Shown piece by piece: positions 61,830-64,000 of a stretch of DNA of 64,000 nucleotides. Below the pieces are notes generated by a model, which did not search any database, had not been told where the DNA came from, and saw nothing but the letters and a program-made list of their open reading frames with translations. The translations under genes were made by a program, and so were the position numbers. Every line of letters starts with the position of its first letter. Positions within the stretch are counted from its first letter, which is position 1. This stretch comes from Trueperaceae bacterium (GTDB lineage Bacteria; Deinococcota; Deinococci; Deinococcales; Trueperaceae): assembly GCA_965214405.1 (NCBI GenBank), contig OZ243956.1, positions 2,912,001 to 2,976,000 of the forward strand, given 5' to 3'.

Positions 61830-62647
61830 GCTTGAGCCTACTCGCCCTCCGTCAGAAGTTCAGTATCAAGAAGGTTTTAAGGTTTGCCTGCCGCTCGTTT
61901 GGCGGCAACTAAATAACAGAAAGGGAATTAAAGTAAAATGGCAGAGTACAAGTTTAAGTTGGAGGTTAGGATTTCTCCCTCTGCTTTCGTACCCACAGAA
62001 TTCGTGGAGAATGAGATGCGAAGTGCTCTCAAATACACCAACTTGATTGACGAACGAAATTTCCCTTTAAATCCCGGTGAAGGGGTGGTAGAAGTGAAGT
62101 CCAATTTGTCTTCAATGCTACACGTAAAAAATAGTTCCAGAGACCGAGAGCTTTACAATGAAATAAAGAAGGGAAACCTTTCTGCCGAGACTGTGAAAGT
62201 GAGATTAGAATCGATTTTGGCAGACTCAGATCACAATCCTAACAACCGGAAAATAGTTGATTTCAGCATTAGTTTCCCTGAGAACAGTGAAAAGGCAAGG
62301 TCGGCTTCAAAAAGATTTGCTTCCCAATACATTGAGCGATATATAAGTGATGTTTCACTATTGTTAAACCTTTCGGCTCCGGGGTGCTTCAGTTTTTATC
62401 CAGAGCGAATTTTCGATAACGAGGATTTTGATAATCCTCTTATTGATGGAGTTACTCTTGATGCTTTCCTTTTTGACAATGCTTGGAACATGGCAACTGG
62501 TCGCGGCTGGCCTAGAGTAGAAGCGATTCCACTTGCTAGGGTAATCAAGTGGTACGATTCTCTAAATGTTCAAAGATATATAGCTGGTACGAGACTACAA
62601 AGGGCCATCTTCGCTCTACTTCATGTTACAAACTCTAAGTTTGCAGG

Positions 62648-63733
62648 CTAAGTACACGACAAAAGCCGAAAACAGCGGTCCAGGTCAGGCTTTTTGGTTG
62701 CCGAGTTGGTGAGCAGATGCCTGAGATGGTCTAAGCCTGCCCGGAATAAAGACTTCTGCTTGCGCCCGTGCGACTTCATTCGAACAGGTTTGAGCTGACG
62801 GTGAACAAATGCTCCGACTTTCAAGGCCCATAAGAAAGCCAGGGTCACAACGACAAGTAAGGTGTTAATGCGCTCTAGGTGCTTGAGATGCGTAGCTTCA
62901 AAGTCAAAGCCGCTGCTTTTCAAGGCTTTGAACAAGCATTCTATCTGCCAGCGCTTCGCGTAGCTTGCGAGGGCCTGCTTAGGATTGCGGTTGGTGACGA
63001 CGATGATGTATTCTCCACCCTCTAAACGCGCGCCTGCAACCCCAAGCTCAACACCAAAGACAGTGTAGCGCTGTTTAAGTACCTTGTGCTCACCCACAGG
63101 TAGATGCTGGAAAAAGCCGAACAGATGAAACCAGCCATCACCGAGAGCGTCTTTACGCACGCGGATAACGAAAGGGATGTGCTTACGCTCAAGATAAGCG
63201 AACCAGTCGCCCCCGATGAACTCCCTATCGGCTAGCAGCACCTCTAGCTGGTCTACGGGCAAAAGTTTTAGCAAACGCTCCAAAAGCGTAATGCGTTCTT
63301 GCGTGGCGGAGTTGCCAGCCTTGGGCAAAAGACACCACAGTAAGGGAACCGCTACGCCCTCATGCGCATAAGCCAGGGTCAAGATGTTGATGTCGAGTTT
63401 GCCAAACTTCCAGTTCGTCCGGTCTAGGCACAGGCTGTAGCTTCGCTTGGGACCTAGACTCAGCGCGTACCTGAAAACTGTCTCATCGGCCAAGTGCAAG
63501 CCTTGGAAAAACCGTTGCGCCCGTCTGTAAAGCGAGTCCGGCTGGGCTCTGCCCTCCATCATGCCTACCAACGTCGCCAAGTTCACCGTCTTTGCCTGCA
63601 CCATCGCGATCATCAACAAGCTCAAGAACTTAAGCCGTGACGGGTGCAGCTTTAAGCCGCTCGCTTTCAACTGTGCCAGCAACCCGGTATGCTTCATATG
63701 CTCTCCCTTGAAGTGGTGTCTCGCAACATCCAT
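62648..63733 (-). CDS. IS4-family transposase
   Basis: LDRTNWKFG, LADREF, YAKRWQIECLFKALKSSGF (Y-R-E-K), S.FR.GL. Confidence 0.95.
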   Translation of the reverse strand: MDVARHHFKGEHMKHTGLLAQLKASGLKLHPSRLKFLSLLMIAMVQAKTVNLATLVGMMEGRAQPDSLYRRAQRFFQGLHLADETVFRYALSLGPKRSYSLCLDRTNWKFGKLDINILTLAYAHEGVAVPLLWCLLPKAGNSATQERITLLERLLKLLPVDQLEVLLADREFIGGDWFAYLERKHIPFVIRVRKDALGDGWFHLFGFFQHLPVGEHKVLKQRYTVFGVELGVAGARLEGGEYIIVVTNRNPKQALASYAKRWQIECLFKALKSSGFDFEATHLKHLERINTLLVVVTLAFLWALKVGAFVHRQLKPVRMKSHGRKQKSLFRAGLDHLRHLLTNSATKKPDLDRCFRLLSCT

Positions 63734-63777
63734 TCTTCACTGGAGAGCCCTTTATTTCAAATCTGTCGTGTACTGAG
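62648..63777 (-). mobile_element. IS4-family insertion sequence with 9-bp target-site duplication
   Basis: TIRs CTAAGTACACGACA / CTCAGTACACGACA; TSD GTTTGCAGG at 62639-62647 and 63778-63786. Confidence 0.95.
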
Positions 63778-64000
63778 GTTTGCAGGATTACCAGAAAATT
63801 TGATCTGGTTAGCTCATGCGCTCGAGGCGCTTTTTGATACTCCTCCAGAAGGTATTGGCAAGCATCTCAGAAATCGTATCTTCAAAGTTCTTGGCCGTCC
63901 TCAAGAATCGACAAGACAGTTCAAAAAGCAAATAGACGACTTTTATCAACTTAGGAGCCGTTTTATTCATGGCGATCTTGCAATTTCACATCCGATAGAA

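Larger units (their letters stand above)
61938..64000 (+). pseudogene. HEPN-domain (ApeA-like) protein interrupted by IS4; continues past the window end
   Basis: Removing the IS and one TSD gives ..NSKFAGLPENLIWLAHALEALFD...FYQLRSRFIHG (ALE motif and R-x4-H HEPN motif). Confidence 0.8.

Overview
GC-rich bacterial chromosomal window, most likely Deinococcota (Truepera-like). This is inferred from the cinA-recA-rny order, the Deinococcus-type crtO/cruF/acyl-/glycosyltransferase carotenoid cluster, a Thermus-type branched-chain 2-oxoacid dehydrogenase and many leaderless -10 promoters. Core genes include an S8 protease, citrate synthase, BCKDH E1a/E1b/E2, recG, rny, recA, cinA, an ebo cluster, trpS, carotenoid genes, galE, ilvE and purC-purS. 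Lower-GC accessory patches carry two IS4-superfamily insertions that split a SEC-C/nuclease-like gene and a HEPN gene, plus a stand-alone TIR protein and a VapBC pair. Top candidate for a new system: directly after purS, five unrelated toxin-antitoxin pairs are each separated by a ~50-bp imperfect-hairpin repeat (core AGCCGCGCCTTGGGGATGAAAAAGAGGC). Its arms tend to match across the cassette they enclose, as integron attC sites do, but they use AGC/GCT rather than AAC/GTT, and no integrase is in the window. Other highlights: a c-di-GMP-II riboswitch between a cupin-HD-GYP gene and a 42-aa secreted peptide, a leaderless Trp-rich leader-peptide attenuator on trpS, tandem MITE-like units near purC, and strong CTCGAG over-representation. 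All calls are by-eye motif recognition; no database searches were run.
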